Assembly (NCBI GenBank): GCA_965218975.1
Contig: OZ244717.1
Coordinates: forward strand, 1,504,001 to 1,568,000
Source: Candidatus Oxydemutatoraceae bacterium
GTDB lineage: Bacteria; Pseudomonadota; Gammaproteobacteria; Poriferisulfidales; Oxydemutatoraceae
DNA: 64,000 nt
Direction: 5' to 3'
Part shown: positions 30,399 to 41,330 of the stretch, one piece after another
Numbering within the stretch: the stretch's first letter is position 1
Layout of the letters: each line of letters begins with the position of its first letter
The notes under the pieces: generated by a model
What the model was told of the DNA's origin: nothing
What the model saw: the letters and a program-made list of their open reading frames with translations, nothing else
The model's database searches: none
Position numbers and translations under genes: made by a program

Positions 30399-30573
30399 AT
30401 TCTTCTAATGAAATTGTTCGCGCTTCGCTTTCCAACATAACCGGAATGTCATCATGAATCGGATATGCAAGCTTTGCCGATAATGAAATGAGTTCCTGTT
30501 TTTCAGCATCATAGATAAGCTTGCCTTTGCTGACAGGGCAAACAAGGATATCTAAAAGCGTTTGTTTAATCAT
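30367..30573 (-). CDS. ycaR: Trm112-like protein (YcaR/UPF0434)
   Basis: [27 protein letters not shown]; lpxK-ycaR-kdsB synteny. Confidence 0.92.
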   Translation of the reverse strand: MIKQTLLDILVCPVSKGKLIYDAEKQELISLSAKLAYPIHDDIPVMLESEARTISLEEYESYKERQSK

Positions 30574-31652
30574 TGAAGTCTACGTATTTTTTCAATCAAT
30601 TGATCAATAGAAGCTTGCTCATGTCTTAACATAAACTCTGTTTGCAATGCCCACATCCGTTGATTTGCAAACGCAGCGCATTTTACCGCATCTTTCTCGG
30701 TCATAATAATGGGTAACCGCATAGAAAGCTCAAAATCTTCCTCAGTAAAAAGATAATGGTCATAAAAAGCTTGCGGCAATACCTCAATTTTCAACTGATT
30801 TAGTCCGTCAAAAAAGGCTGCAGGGTTCCCGATTGCGGTATAAGCGTATGCGCGATGATGAGCAAAAGCCGTTATCGGCACTTCGATATCCAAAGCGATA
30901 TTTTTAAATTTTTTAAAAATTCGCGTGGCAATCCACGGCGTTGATAATGCACTGAATTGCTGTATGAGAGCGTTTATATCATCAGTACCGGTCGCATTAT
31001 TAACCACGATGAAATCCACCTCCGATAAACGACTTTTAGGTTCACGTAATGGCCCCGCCGGCAACAATATTCCATTTCCGAACCATTGCCAATTATCGAC
31101 GACAGCGATTTCAATATCGCGCGGCATCGTATAGTGCTGCAAACCATCATCGGATAAAATAACACTTACATCGCTACGTTGCGAAAGCATCTCTACTCCG
31201 CGTTGCCGCGCTGCGGATATCACTACAGGCGCTTGTGTCTTTTGCATCAGTAACAACGGTTCATCACCAACTTCTAACGGGTCATCTTCATCCGTTACAA
31301 GATAAGGCGTCTTTTTTCTTTGTCCGCCATAACCGCGTGTAACGATCCCCGGTCGATACCCGCGCGCTTGCAGACACTTAGCTAATGTAATGACTAAAGG
31401 AGTTTTACCAGTACCGCCGACTGTAATGTTGCCGACAACGATAACCGGGACATCCCGGCGCACGGATTTACTGCGATATCGTTTTACCGCTTGCGTTAAA
31501 AAAAGACGTCGTAACCGAATGATTAAATAATAGAACGGAACAAAGATCATTAGAAAAAATTTAAACCGATGCGCCTTCTGATACCAAACTTTCCGCACCG
31601 TACCGTTGAGTCCTTTTAACAACAATCGCCAACAAACTTTCACCAACCCCAT
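30570..31652 (-). CDS. lpxK: Tetraacyldisaccharide 4'-kinase
   Basis: [40 protein letters not shown]. Confidence 0.96.
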   Translation of the reverse strand: MGLVKVCWRLLLKGLNGTVRKVWYQKAHRFKFFLMIFVPFYYLIIRLRRLFLTQAVKRYRSKSVRRDVPVIVVGNITVGGTGKTPLVITLAKCLQARGYRPGIVTRGYGGQRKKTPYLVTDEDDPLEVGDEPLLLMQKTQAPVVISAARQRGVEMLSQRSDVSVILSDDGLQHYTMPRDIEIAVVDNWQWFGNGILLPAGPLREPKSRLSEVDFIVVNNATGTDDINALIQQFSALSTPWIATRIFKKFKNIALDIEVPITAFAHHRAYAYTAIGNPAAFFDGLNQLKIEVLPQAFYDHYLFTEEDFELSMRLPIIMTEKDAVKCAAFANQRMWALQTEFMLRHEQASIDQLIEKIRRLQ

Positions 31653-31660
31653 GAAATCAT

Positions 31661-33436
31661 CTACTCCGTGATAAATTTTTCCGCACCATCGTTACAATAT
31701 AAATTCCGATATTCTCCCTGCTTTATTAATAATTCTTCATGAGTACCTTGCTCAATAATTTGCCCGTTCTTAAGGACAATAATACGATGAGCAAGTCTCG
31801 TCACAGTAAAGCGGTGAGTAATAATAATCGCAGTACGTCCCGCAATCGCCTTACACAAGGCTTCGCGAATATGATATTCGGTCAGTTTGTCTAATGCGGA
31901 GGTAATTTCATCAAAAATTAAAATCGGTAAATCCTTTAGCAAAGTGCGCGCTAAAACCAAACGTTGAACTTGTCCGTTGGACAGGGTAGCGTTGCTAATA
32001 GCTGTGGCAAACTTCTGCGGTAGTTCCTCAATAAACTCAAGCGCATAAGCGTCCTTAGCTGCTTTCCGGATTTGCGCTTCCGATGCGTCGCTGCCATACG
32101 CAATATTGTCTGCGATCGTCCCGCGCATTGAAATATTGAATTGTCCGGCATAGGCAATCTGCGCACGCAACTGTTGTAAATTCCATAGCTCAGTATCTTG
32201 CTGATCAATTTCAATGCATCCGGAAGTTGGCTCATAAAGGCGCGGAATAAGGCTGATTAAAGTACTTTTGCCTGAACCGGATTGTCCGACCAGCGCGATA
32301 GTCTCCCCGGCCGATATATTCAAGTGAATATGAGACAATGCATCCGTATCGGTATTGGCATAACGAAATGTAACATCCTTAAAACAAATATCTCCGCGGA
32401 TACGCTTTTCAATCGGTTTGGCAATATTTTGCTCAATGGGTTCGTCCAACATATCAAACACGCTCTCTGCCGCAACGATACCCGTTTGAATTACTTGGTT
32501 TAAAGTGGTTAGATTTCGAATTGGGCGAAACAATAGCATAATAGTAACAAGCATTGAAACAAAAGTTCCGACAGTGATCGTGTTTCCGATCGCTCCGATA
32601 TTAGCTGCTTGGATAATGCCGACAAAACTTAGCCCGGCTATCAACATGACAATAGGTACATTGGTCGCTCGGGTTCGTAAAACGCGCATTTTCTGGCGCC
32701 TGATTTCCTCATTGCTATTTGCAAAACTCGTACTTTCGTAACACTGCGCACCCGATACTTTAATCATCGCGTTATTCTCAATCGCTTGCTGAATATCAGC
32801 GGTAGCAATTCCGTAAGCATCCTGAACCTTGCGACTAATTTTACGGAAACGGCGGCTAGCGAAACGTACAATAAAAACGATTGGAATGATCAAAATTGCG
32901 AGACAAAGGGTAAGTATCCAATTTAAATACAGCATCCAGAATATCAAACCAATTATGCTAAATGTATCGCGCACGATTACGACCAATGCCCGCGATGCCG
33001 CAACAGCGGTTTGTTCAACATTGTAGGTCAGTTTTGAAACGACAGTCCCCTTGGGGTACTGGTCAAAATATGATATCGGTAAATGTAACAAGTGTTCAAA
33101 CATATCCGTACGCAGATTGCGTACAACCATCTGACCGATGTAGCCGATATAGTAGACTGACAAATAGTTTCCTAAACCGCGCAACAGAAAAATTCCGATA
33201 ACCCCCGCCGAAAGCCACCAGCCGGAAGATTGTGCCGTTTGCGAAAAAAGACTCTCATCCAACAAAGGCTTGATCAAAACGGCAAGCCCGATATCTCCGA
33301 AAGAATACAGAAGCATTCCGACAATTGAAATAAGTAAAAATTGCCAATGTGGTTTCGTGTATCGCAGGAGACGATGATAAATATTGGGCAATTTTATTCG
33401 CAGTTTTTTCGGAAACATCGGCTTTGCTTGCGTCAT
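31661..33436 (-). CDS. msbA: Lipid A export ABC transporter MsbA (divergent)
   Basis: TMD plus NBD, GQSGSGKS, signature LSNGQ, IFDEITSALD; comEC-msbA-lpxK synteny. Confidence 0.85.
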   Translation of the reverse strand: MTQAKPMFPKKLRIKLPNIYHRLLRYTKPHWQFLLISIVGMLLYSFGDIGLAVLIKPLLDESLFSQTAQSSGWWLSAGVIGIFLLRGLGNYLSVYYIGYIGQMVVRNLRTDMFEHLLHLPISYFDQYPKGTVVSKLTYNVEQTAVAASRALVVIVRDTFSIIGLIFWMLYLNWILTLCLAILIIPIVFIVRFASRRFRKISRKVQDAYGIATADIQQAIENNAMIKVSGAQCYESTSFANSNEEIRRQKMRVLRTRATNVPIVMLIAGLSFVGIIQAANIGAIGNTITVGTFVSMLVTIMLLFRPIRNLTTLNQVIQTGIVAAESVFDMLDEPIEQNIAKPIEKRIRGDICFKDVTFRYANTDTDALSHIHLNISAGETIALVGQSGSGKSTLISLIPRLYEPTSGCIEIDQQDTELWNLQQLRAQIAYAGQFNISMRGTIADNIAYGSDASEAQIRKAAKDAYALEFIEELPQKFATAISNATLSNGQVQRLVLARTLLKDLPILIFDEITSALDKLTEYHIREALCKAIAGRTAIIITHRFTVTRLAHRIIVLKNGQIIEQGTHEELLIKQGEYRNLYCNDGAEKFITE

Positions 33437-33483
33437 CTTTTGTTATGCACGAGCGTGTATATTAACCGAATAATTATTTGCTT

Positions 33484-35838
33484 TTATACACAGTCCGGAT
33501 GATTTTCTTGAGTAATCTTATGGGTTTGCCAATAATGTTTTTGGACGGCACGGTGTGATGTAACTTGAATTTCATCATTTAATAAGGCATCGGTAGCCGA
33601 CCCTGCCAAAGAATCGGGCGGAAAATAAAGGCGGATGGCACCGCTTTCGGCAGTATTGTATACACTAACACAGTGATCGCGATATCTTTGCACCACCGAT
33701 GCGGCGGGGAAATCGAATCGGTTGCGAAAGCCGCTGGATACAATGGCAATTTTTGGTCTGACTGCTTTTATAAAAGATACTCCGGACGAAGTTTTGCTTC
33801 CATGATGGGGCACCGATACCGCATCAACATTTAATTGTATGCTATAACGCCTTAGCAATTGATTCTCCGCTGATTTTTCTATGTCGCCTGTTAATAGCAA
33901 TTGATGATCGTTATTGGATATTCGTAATACGCACGAAGCGTCATTTTCCGACAATCTTTCCGATAATAATTCCGAAGATGGGTGGAGAAAAGTAAAATAC
34001 ACGTCATCCCAAACCCACTGTATGCCGTCATGGCACCTTTCAAACTCGGAAAAAACATAATTTCGCTCACTGCGCCCGCCGATATACTTTTTTCTTACGT
34101 CGAATCGGCTAAGAATCACGTCGGCGCCCCCGGCATGGTCTTTATCGCTATGCGACAATACCAACGCATCCAAATGAGTAATATTGCTGCCGAGTAAAAA
34201 CGGCAATATAACTGCAGAGCCTAAATCGAAACCTGATGGATATTTAGCGCCCGCATCAAATAATAAAGTATGTGTGCGGGTGCGAATCACTACCGCAAGC
34301 CCTTGCCCGACATCTAAAAACACACTTTCAAAAGCGCCTTTAGGAATGGAAGGCGGCGGAATCAATGATAAAGTGCAAAGAAATAAAACACCGGCGACCC
34401 TATAATAAAAATTACACGTCGCAATAATCAATATCGCTCCAAGCATCGCACTGAAATAACACCACCACAACGGCTTATGGAACCATTGAAACAGCCGAAT
34501 ATTTTTTATGAATTCCGCTGCATACCAGAAACCATCAAGCAATAAATCAGCGGCCCACACCAAACTTGCTGCTATTGGTTCATTAATAATGGAAAATAAT
34601 GTCGCCAATAATACACATGGCAGTACCAAAAAACTTGCGTAAGGAACCGCAAACAAATTGGCAATCGGAGCCAGCAAAGCACCTTGGTTAAAGAACCATA
34701 AACTAAGCGGCAATAAAATGATCGGCAAGTACAAATGCAATCCTATCCATCGCACCGGTTTTATCGAAGTTTTTGTCGCTTGAATAAAAACGACGATGCC
34801 GCCGACTGCCGAGAATGAAAACCAAAACGACGCGGATAAAGTGCTGAAAGGGTCAAGACACAATACCACTAGCAAAGCCAATGATAACGAGTTGATAAGT
34901 GAGGTTTGCCGCACTACTATCCGAGCAAACAAAACACATCCGAGCATAATTAATGCTCGTTGCGTAGGCAATGAAAAACCTGCGAGCCAAGCATAAGTGA
35001 AAGCAAATAGGAATGCGACTCCTCCCGCCATTGACGGTGTGGCAATATAACAACGGGATAAAAAGTATTTTCGCCACAGATAGAAAACGCATTGGTAAAT
35101 TAGAACGAAAAATAATGCAATATGAAGACCGGAGATAGCAAACAAATGTCCGACTCCGGATGCTGTTAACAATTGCCACTGATGTCGAGTCATGTATCTA
35201 CGTTCGCCTAATGTCAATGCCAACACCGCGCCGATATTATCTGTGGCGCTTAACTGAGCAAACAGTTTGTCATAAACGTATTGGCGAAACTTTTGTGCAA
35301 GATTTGGCGCCGCATTGGGAACATACGACCAACTACGGATATAACCGGTCGCCCCGATACCATGAGCAAATAAAAACCGCTCGTAATCAAATGTATGCGG
35401 ATTGCTGTAGCCGTGCAAAGGTTTTAGCCGTACTCCGGCATGAATAGTTTCGCCTAGTTTCAACTGCGGGTCTTCACCATACAAACCTAAGCGCAATTTA
35501 TCCGGGACCGACAAACCACCTGCGGAAACTTCATGGTCACGAACGACTACCGCATCCAAACGAGTATAAAAATTTTGATAGCTCGGAATAGATACAATCC
35601 GTAAATTTAATTCGGCCTCTCCTCCGTCAAAACCTTGCATTCCATCTAATCGTATAAAAGCCGCATACCATACCCAACAAAAACCTAATACAAAGACACC
35701 AACAAAACGTGCAATCGAATAGCGAATAAATATGCCGGCAACCAAAGGAGTGATCGCCAACCAGCCGATGTTGGGCAATAGCGGCAGTTGTTGAAATAAT
35801 ACATTTCCAAGCAAAAAAGCGATCGCATGGGTAAACAT
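33484..35838 (-). CDS. comEC: DNA uptake protein ComEC/Rec2
   Basis: HLFAISGLH, FSLPTQRA, FLDVGQG, MBL motif SHSDKDHAGG, PHHGSKTSS. Confidence 0.95.
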   Translation of the reverse strand: MFTHAIAFLLGNVLFQQLPLLPNIGWLAITPLVAGIFIRYSIARFVGVFVLGFCWVWYAAFIRLDGMQGFDGGEAELNLRIVSIPSYQNFYTRLDAVVVRDHEVSAGGLSVPDKLRLGLYGEDPQLKLGETIHAGVRLKPLHGYSNPHTFDYERFLFAHGIGATGYIRSWSYVPNAAPNLAQKFRQYVYDKLFAQLSATDNIGAVLALTLGERRYMTRHQWQLLTASGVGHLFAISGLHIALFFVLIYQCVFYLWRKYFLSRCYIATPSMAGGVAFLFAFTYAWLAGFSLPTQRALIMLGCVLFARIVVRQTSLINSLSLALLVVLCLDPFSTLSASFWFSFSAVGGIVVFIQATKTSIKPVRWIGLHLYLPIILLPLSLWFFNQGALLAPIANLFAVPYASFLVLPCVLLATLFSIINEPIAASLVWAADLLLDGFWYAAEFIKNIRLFQWFHKPLWWCYFSAMLGAILIIATCNFYYRVAGVLFLCTLSLIPPPSIPKGAFESVFLDVGQGLAVVIRTRTHTLLFDAGAKYPSGFDLGSAVILPFLLGSNITHLDALVLSHSDKDHAGGADVILSRFDVRKKYIGGRSERNYVFSEFERCHDGIQWVWDDVYFTFLHPSSELLSERLSENDASCVLRISNNDHQLLLTGDIEKSAENQLLRRYSIQLNVDAVSVPHHGSKTSSGVSFIKAVRPKIAIVSSGFRNRFDFPAASVVQRYRDHCVSVYNTAESGAIRLYFPPDSLAGSATDALLNDEIQVTSHRAVQKHYWQTHKITQENHPDCV

Positions 35839-36294
35839 GATTGATTGCTTACCACAAAATATTGAAGGGAACCCAGCTATTACGACGGACGGCGTCCGAT
35901 TATCGGATGAACGCTATTTTTGCCGTAGGGGAATATCTAAAGCAGTTAAGCAGTCCGCACTGCTTTAAACATCAGCGGTTTACGAAATTTAACAATAATA
36001 GTGAGCCGGCGAAATCGCTAAATAAAGACCGGCTGGGAATCAATAATGCTGAGTGGTATATTCCTAGGAGGTAATTGAGGTCGCACAAATAACCTCAGTC
36101 CGGCGGCATTATTAAATTGCAAATACTTCCAGCAAAGCTTTGCTTCTACTAGCTTCCGGAGGATATAGCTTATATGCTTATCACAGACTGTACTTAAAAT
36201 TATGCTCTATTAGCTCGCCTAGATTCAAAGCGAGTTTAGCTCGGATATGTTCCCTGCTCTGCTTACTTCAGGCTAGCAAAAAAGCATAAATTCT

Positions 36295-37263
36295 TTAAAA
36301 AAGATACTTCATGTTTAAACTGACACCAAGAAATTCCATGTCATCAATCTCGAACTTGCCGGACACCGGTTCGCTTCCGTCTCTCCGTATATTTGGTACG
36401 TGGCTACGTAGCGGGTCCCAAACTATACCGTCGTCACGGAAGGAATCAAATCTAACCCAGCGTCCTTTGAGACCTAGAGACATCGCTTCCGTAAACGCAT
36501 AATCCACGCCAAACAACACTTGAAACCCAAAGAGCGTGTCGCTGAGGGAAGTTTGCGCAACACTGACCGTTTTGGCTAAGTTCTGTCGGATCATATCGGC
36601 ATTGGGTAATCCTTCACCGGTCGTAATCCTATCCGGATCGTCGTTTCTCGCCCAAACGCTACCATATTCCACATCGGTAAATCCAATACCGCCACCGACT
36701 CCGATATAAGGTGTAAACCGGCTAGTGTTGACAAAGTCGTAATACAAGTTTCCGAACAAGTTATGCGAAGTGATACTATCTATACGGTCTATCGCTTGCA
36801 CAATTTCTTGCATAAGCTTATCCCCACTCTCACCCGATGCGCCGGGAATGTCGCTGGTCTCATCATATTCCGATTGCCGATAAAAATATTCTATCTCAAT
36901 GCGGAAACCGTCCACCGGACTGTTCGAATATCTATTTGAAAAACTGTAGCCTAGTGCTGCTCCTGCCAAAATACCCGTTGCGTTGTCAAATTTATTTTCC
37001 CAGCCGCCGGTTGCACCGCGATTAGGGCCTGTGCAGTTTACATTTTCGTATCCTGAAGTCTGCATGACTGTAGCGAAATTCGGATTAATAAACTCATCGC
37101 ATACGCTAGCTCGATCGTTGCTAGATCCGGCAGTATCCACTCCCTCGGCGAAATTAACCCCGAGATCACCACTGATATAAAATCCCGAATCCGCTTGCGT
37201 CCAACTAGGCACAACTAACAACGCAGCAATGGCAATCGCTAAGATTTGAATTGTAAATTTCAT
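36295..37263 (-). CDS. Outer-membrane beta-barrel protein (Opa/OMP_b-brl-like) with long loops
   Basis: Signal peptide, GFYISGDLG, FRIEIEYFYR, NLYYDF, FTPYIGVGGGIG, C-terminal aromatic YLF. Confidence 0.75.
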   Translation of the reverse strand: MKFTIQILAIAIAALLVVPSWTQADSGFYISGDLGVNFAEGVDTAGSSNDRASVCDEFINPNFATVMQTSGYENVNCTGPNRGATGGWENKFDNATGILAGAALGYSFSNRYSNSPVDGFRIEIEYFYRQSEYDETSDIPGASGESGDKLMQEIVQAIDRIDSITSHNLFGNLYYDFVNTSRFTPYIGVGGGIGFTDVEYGSVWARNDDPDRITTGEGLPNADMIRQNLAKTVSVAQTSLSDTLFGFQVLFGVDYAFTEAMSLGLKGRWVRFDSFRDDGIVWDPLRSHVPNIRRDGSEPVSGKFEIDDMEFLGVSLNMKYLF

Positions 37264-37394
37264 TATTTTTTAAGTTTTTAGAAAAGTAAGCAAGTCTTTG
37301 TTAAACTAGTATAAGTTTATAGTCCATTGGGTCAATAATTGTTCGAAACTATATAGATAGATAACTTGACAAAAACGCCCTACCTTCCGAACTC

Positions 37395-38204
37395 ATGATG
37401 AGAAAACCACAAATGAATCCGGATTTCATTCTAGAAAGATATATCCCAGATTTGGATGCTTGGCACCGGATTATTAAATCCGGTCTTTCTCCTCGTTCCC
37501 CCGGTGAGGCGGAAGCCATAAAACGTGAAATGCAATTCCTGAGAAAGTCCTTTTATGCTGAAATTCATCAGCTCGAAACATGGTACTGGGATGCAGAAAG
37601 AATTGAAGAAGCCATGTCTATTCCTATTGATAAACCTCAAGGGAAAGATATTGCACTACCACAAAATGTTGGGATTGGATTTCATTTGTTTAGAAAAACA
37701 GACAAGAAGGGAAAGGAAGTTGACGTGCTCTATGCAGATGTGAAAGACGGCAGCAGTTCGATTTTACCTATGGCAATAATTATTAGGACAGATAAAGTCC
37801 AAGCTTTTCACAACCTAGAAGATGGTTCCGTAGATTTGGCTCATGTTCCGAAAGGTGACCTATGGTTTATGCTCGCCGCCAGAATGACATGCTTTCTGAA
37901 CCAGAAACTCACCGATGTCAAAAAGGTCAAAGCATTGACTCGACAAGAGCGGAGACGCATCGGCATGGAATCACCTGAAAGTCAAACCGAAATCAATCTT
38001 GTGAGGTGGAGAAAGATAAGGTATGAATCTAATGGGACAGAGAAAATATTACGTGATAAGTGCTGGCCGGTTATGGGACATGTCCGTTGGCAATGGTATC
38101 CGAGCGATATGGTTCACAAACCTATTTGGATAGAGACACATATACGCGGTAATCCGAACGCACCATTGCATGTAAGAACTAGAATCAATTCGGTTGTCAA
38201 CTAA
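37395..38204 (+). CDS. Hypothetical protein, phage-like
   Basis: 269-aa ORF; RQERRR stretch and C-terminal VMGHVRWQWYPS...HKPIWIETHIRG motif, recalled from phage hypothetical proteins. Confidence 0.6.
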   Translation: MMRKPQMNPDFILERYIPDLDAWHRIIKSGLSPRSPGEAEAIKREMQFLRKSFYAEIHQLETWYWDAERIEEAMSIPIDKPQGKDIALPQNVGIGFHLFRKTDKKGKEVDVLYADVKDGSSSILPMAIIIRTDKVQAFHNLEDGSVDLAHVPKGDLWFMLAARMTCFLNQKLTDVKKVKALTRQERRRIGMESPESQTEINLVRWRKIRYESNGTEKILRDKCWPVMGHVRWQWYPSDMVHKPIWIETHIRGNPNAPLHVRTRINSVVN

Positions 38205-38273
38205 TCTATAAATCCATCCCACGGATTATTGAATAACCAAGTTTAGAGTCATGGAATAAGTTTCTTTGCTTTA

Positions 38274-38472
38274 CTACTTTTGTTTGTGCCGGCTGCGTTT
38301 CTTCAAGGTGTCACCTAATTCACGATTTTTACTCGTCTGCATAGCCTGCAGATTTCGAAGATTATCTGATCCACCTTTATTTGTCGGCTTGATATGATCA
38401 GTTTCCCAACCATACAAACCATCATTACCGTATTGATCCTTTTTAATTGGGTTCCCATAAGGATCTTGTCGG
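38274..38472 (-). pseudogene. HNH endonuclease, 5'-truncated by the IS remnant
   Basis: YGWETDHIKPTNKGGSDNLRNLQAMQ..KNR motif; the upstream part of the ORF runs into antisense IS481 sequence. Confidence 0.75.
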
Positions 38473-38473
38473 A

Positions 38474-39637
38474 CTTTAGCCTGCGATGCATTCAAAGTCG
38501 GTTGCCGCACCTTGATTGGTGCGGCAAACCTTGAAGGAAAGCGGATACAACGCAGTGGCATTGGCGCCACACCGCCGCCGCCAAGCACACCGTCCGCCCG
38601 GTTTGGTGCAAGCAATCCGTTGTCTGCGCGAGCAATATCTGAACTTAGGCAAACAGCCGGTGCAGAAGTTGCTTGAGCTGTGGGGCGAACGCTACGGCCT
38701 GGCTACACCCAGCGTCTCGACTAGCAGGCGCATCATTGCCGCGGCCCCAGACAAGATGCGCCGTATCCCGCAGCGCCTTGATGCCCGCGGCAGACGCCGT
38801 CCGTACCGCTGGACCAACAGGTTACGTCGCCCGCGCCACCCATGCACTGCGTCGTTGGAATAGTTTGCTTGTGATACGGTGGAACGGGGGCGCGACGGTA
38901 TCCGCCGCTACGTGTTCATCTTCATGGCCCCGTGCTCGCGCGTTGCGGGTGTACAGGCTTCCGTTACCCGCAGCAGCCAGCGCAGCGCGAGAGGCGTCGG
39001 CGGATTGTCGGTGGATTTTGCCAGATTATCAGCACAGTGCCTGTCGTCCATGACGAGACTTGGTTCTGTCAACAAGCCCCAGCCCCGACATCCTTGTCGG
39101 GTCGTTCGCCGCTGAAAACCGTTCGGTTTTCCGGGCGCGTCTCACCCTATCGTCCATGACGAGACTTGGTTCTGTCAATAAGCGTCAGCCTCGACGTCCT
39201 TGTCGGGTCGTTCGCCGCTGAAAACCGATCGGTTTTCCGGGTGCGTCTTACCTTGCGGCTGTTGTGCGAACTGGTGCCGAGGCCGATTCGCTATAGCTTG
39301 TCCGACAACGGCTCGGGGTTTATGTCAGAGTTTATGCAGGGCTTCGAGACCGAGTTGAAACGGTGCCGGATCACCCACTGGTGGACCTATCCGAAGTCGC
39401 CAAAGATGAACAGTTGCTGCGAGCGTTTCAATCGCACCTTGCAGGAGTCATTCGCGGACTACCACGAGGATCTTCTGTTCGCCGACGTGGCCTGCTTTAA
39501 CCGGAAATTAGCGCAATGGCTGGTGTTTCACAACGCCCAACGCCTCCATTATTCACTGGCATTCACTGGGGCTACAATCCCCGATACAGCCGCTCCTGAC
39601 GCACCACCCGGAGTGCCAAATGTTATGGACCTATACA
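38474..39637 (+). mobile_element. Decayed IS481-family element (copy B), frameshifted, carrying two R1 repeats
   Basis: Fragments LREQYLNLGK, PSVST.RRIIAAAPDKMR, RRYVF, LSDNGSGF, YPKSPKMNSCCERFNRTLQE; right end ...GGACCTATACA at 39637; no left end found. Confidence 0.85.
39022..39252 (+). repeat. Multi-hairpin repeat R1, tandem copies 2 (39022-39147) and 3 (39150-39252)
   Basis: Direct repeat with hairpins TCGTCCATGACGA, CCCGACnTCCTTGTCGGG and GAAAACCGnTCGGTTTTC. Confidence 0.9.
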
Positions 39638-39881
39638 TTATCGTGATACAGTCTTTTGATAGTGGTGGGTCTGAAAATTCTCTATGGCGGTGCCTTTTTA
39701 TCAGGATTTATTTTTGCTTGACATGGCTTAAATAAAAATAGGTCTTTCCGGCTTTGAACTGGGCTTTCCCAAATACTTAAAATTAGTTCTTTTTGGCTAT
39801 TGCGCGAGGATAGTTTCCGTTCCGCCAAGTTTTCACTTCGGCTTTTAGTTTTTTTTAGGGAGGAGTTCGTGGTTTGATTTT

Positions 39882-40415
39882 TTATTTATTCAAACAGCAT
39901 TTTTTGTATTTTTTACCATTGCCGCAATAGCACATATCATTTCTACCTATATTTTTTATATCCTTATCGAACTCTTTTACTCCCGCTTCTCCATGTGAGT
40001 ATTCTCCCCAAGGCGGGCTTTTACCATATTGGCTTTTGTAATTTTGCCAAACGAAAAAAGGTAAAACATGAAGTTTAATAAAATCCGATGTAGATAGGGT
40101 GGCATCTCCAAACAATCCCAAACAACAACTCCCATCAGAATTAATATGATTATTAGGTATTTTTTTTATTTTGTTCCCTGTTTCATAAACTTTGTAATTT
40201 AACAAATCAATTTTGATTTCATAGACATCTTGGACAAAAGTTTTTTTATATTCTTTTCTAGCCTGTTCATCAGGGTTATGAATTAGTTTTTCTTCATCAT
40301 AGACAGCACAAACGTTTATTTCCCCTTTAATAAAAGGATTCTCAAAATATAAATTTGGAAATGTTTTTTCAACTTCTAACATTTCATTTTCTATACTCTT
40401 AATGCCATCTATCAC
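39882..40415 (-). CDS. CBASS-associated E2 (UBC-like) protein with C-terminal SEC-C motif
   Basis: HINSDGSCCLG resembles the E2 catalytic HxNxxGxxCL motif; PWGEYSHG; SEC-C GRNDMCYCGNGKKYKKCC. Start uncertain: GTG 40415 overlapping the cyclase end, or ATG 40382 or 40448. Confidence 0.7.
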   Translation of the reverse strand: MIDGIKSIENEMLEVEKTFPNLYFENPFIKGEINVCAVYDEEKLIHNPDEQARKEYKKTFVQDVYEIKIDLLNYKVYETGNKIKKIPNNHINSDGSCCLGLFGDATLSTSDFIKLHVLPFFVWQNYKSQYGKSPPWGEYSHGEAGVKEFDKDIKNIGRNDMCYCGNGKKYKKCCLNK

Positions 40416-41328
40416 AGTACGGTTTATTTGGTCTTGTAGTAAATGCACTGTTCTCTTTCAGCTTTCCAAACTCATCGCCAAAAACTTCTCTCCATTTTCT
40501 CACACTTTCATTATGATCTGTATTGTTAAACGCTTTATTAATTTTATCTGTGTAAAGTTTTATTTTATCTCTAAAGTTAGAATATTTATCTTGGTCCCAA
40601 TGTCTATTAAAGTCTTCATTATCTAATACGGGATTTTTAATTGTTGGCATTGCAGAATGAGTCTGTAAAAAGTCGTTTAAACGATTAAAAATTTCTTTGA
40701 GGGCAATAGGCAAATCGCTAAAATTTTCGATTTTACGAATTTGATTGCCTAAAAGAGTAGTTAATAAAATAGATTTACAACTAAAGTTAGTTTTTATATC
40801 TCTCATGTATTTAAATAGCTTAGTTACTTTTTTTAAGTATCCATGAGAGTCATTGTTTTTTTCTGTTAGCCATTTTTTATATTCTGTTCCATCTGTTTTT
40901 TCAAATTTATTTGTATTTTTGTTACAAATAAATTTTTGGTTATTCGCCTCTATACAAGGCACAATATCTAAATGGAAATCACCAGAATAATCTATTTCGA
41001 TACACCTAGATCTTCTTGAGACAATGGCTTTATAATTTCTATCATCTTTAAATAGGTTATAAATTTCATCTATGTAATCCTTAGGTTTAAAATCATCTTT
41101 GTATTTAATATAAATTATTATATCAGCATCAAAATCTTTATCTTTTGGGGGTTTAATAATAGTCTTCATCCCATAAGAACCTTGATTTTCTCTTTTTTGA
41201 TAATTATCTAACTTATCGTTAAGGTAATCACTAATAGTTTTAACTTTCTTGTCCAAAGTCTCTATCCTATTTTTATTGAGATTGACTTCATTTTCCAAAA
41301 ATTGATTGAAATACTTTGTATGACGCAT
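40399..41328 (-). CDS. CD-NTase (cGAS/DncV-like, SMODS) cyclic oligonucleotide synthase
   Basis: QGSYGMKTIIKP...DFDADII, third Asp in HLDIVP, KLFKYMRD, KSILLTTL, C-terminal WREVFGDEF; between patatin and E2 genes. Confidence 0.9.
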   Translation of the reverse strand: MRHTKYFNQFLENEVNLNKNRIETLDKKVKTISDYLNDKLDNYQKRENQGSYGMKTIIKPPKDKDFDADIIIYIKYKDDFKPKDYIDEIYNLFKDDRNYKAIVSRRSRCIEIDYSGDFHLDIVPCIEANNQKFICNKNTNKFEKTDGTEYKKWLTEKNNDSHGYLKKVTKLFKYMRDIKTNFSCKSILLTTLLGNQIRKIENFSDLPIALKEIFNRLNDFLQTHSAMPTIKNPVLDNEDFNRHWDQDKYSNFRDKIKLYTDKINKAFNNTDHNESVRKWREVFGDEFGKLKENSAFTTRPNKPYCDRWH

Positions 41329-41330
41329 TG

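Noticed and set aside
35841-36290. 77-aa ORF and hairpins (TAAAGCAGT...ACTGCTTTA; TGAGGT...ACCTCA) upstream of comEC
   Set aside because: TTG start without clear RBS or motifs; the hairpins match no RNA family I recognise; no DUF2062 remnant could be read
39022-39252. Tandem palindromic repeats as a CRISPR array
   Set aside because: Units exceed 100 bp, only two are adjacent, there are no unique spacers and no cas genes
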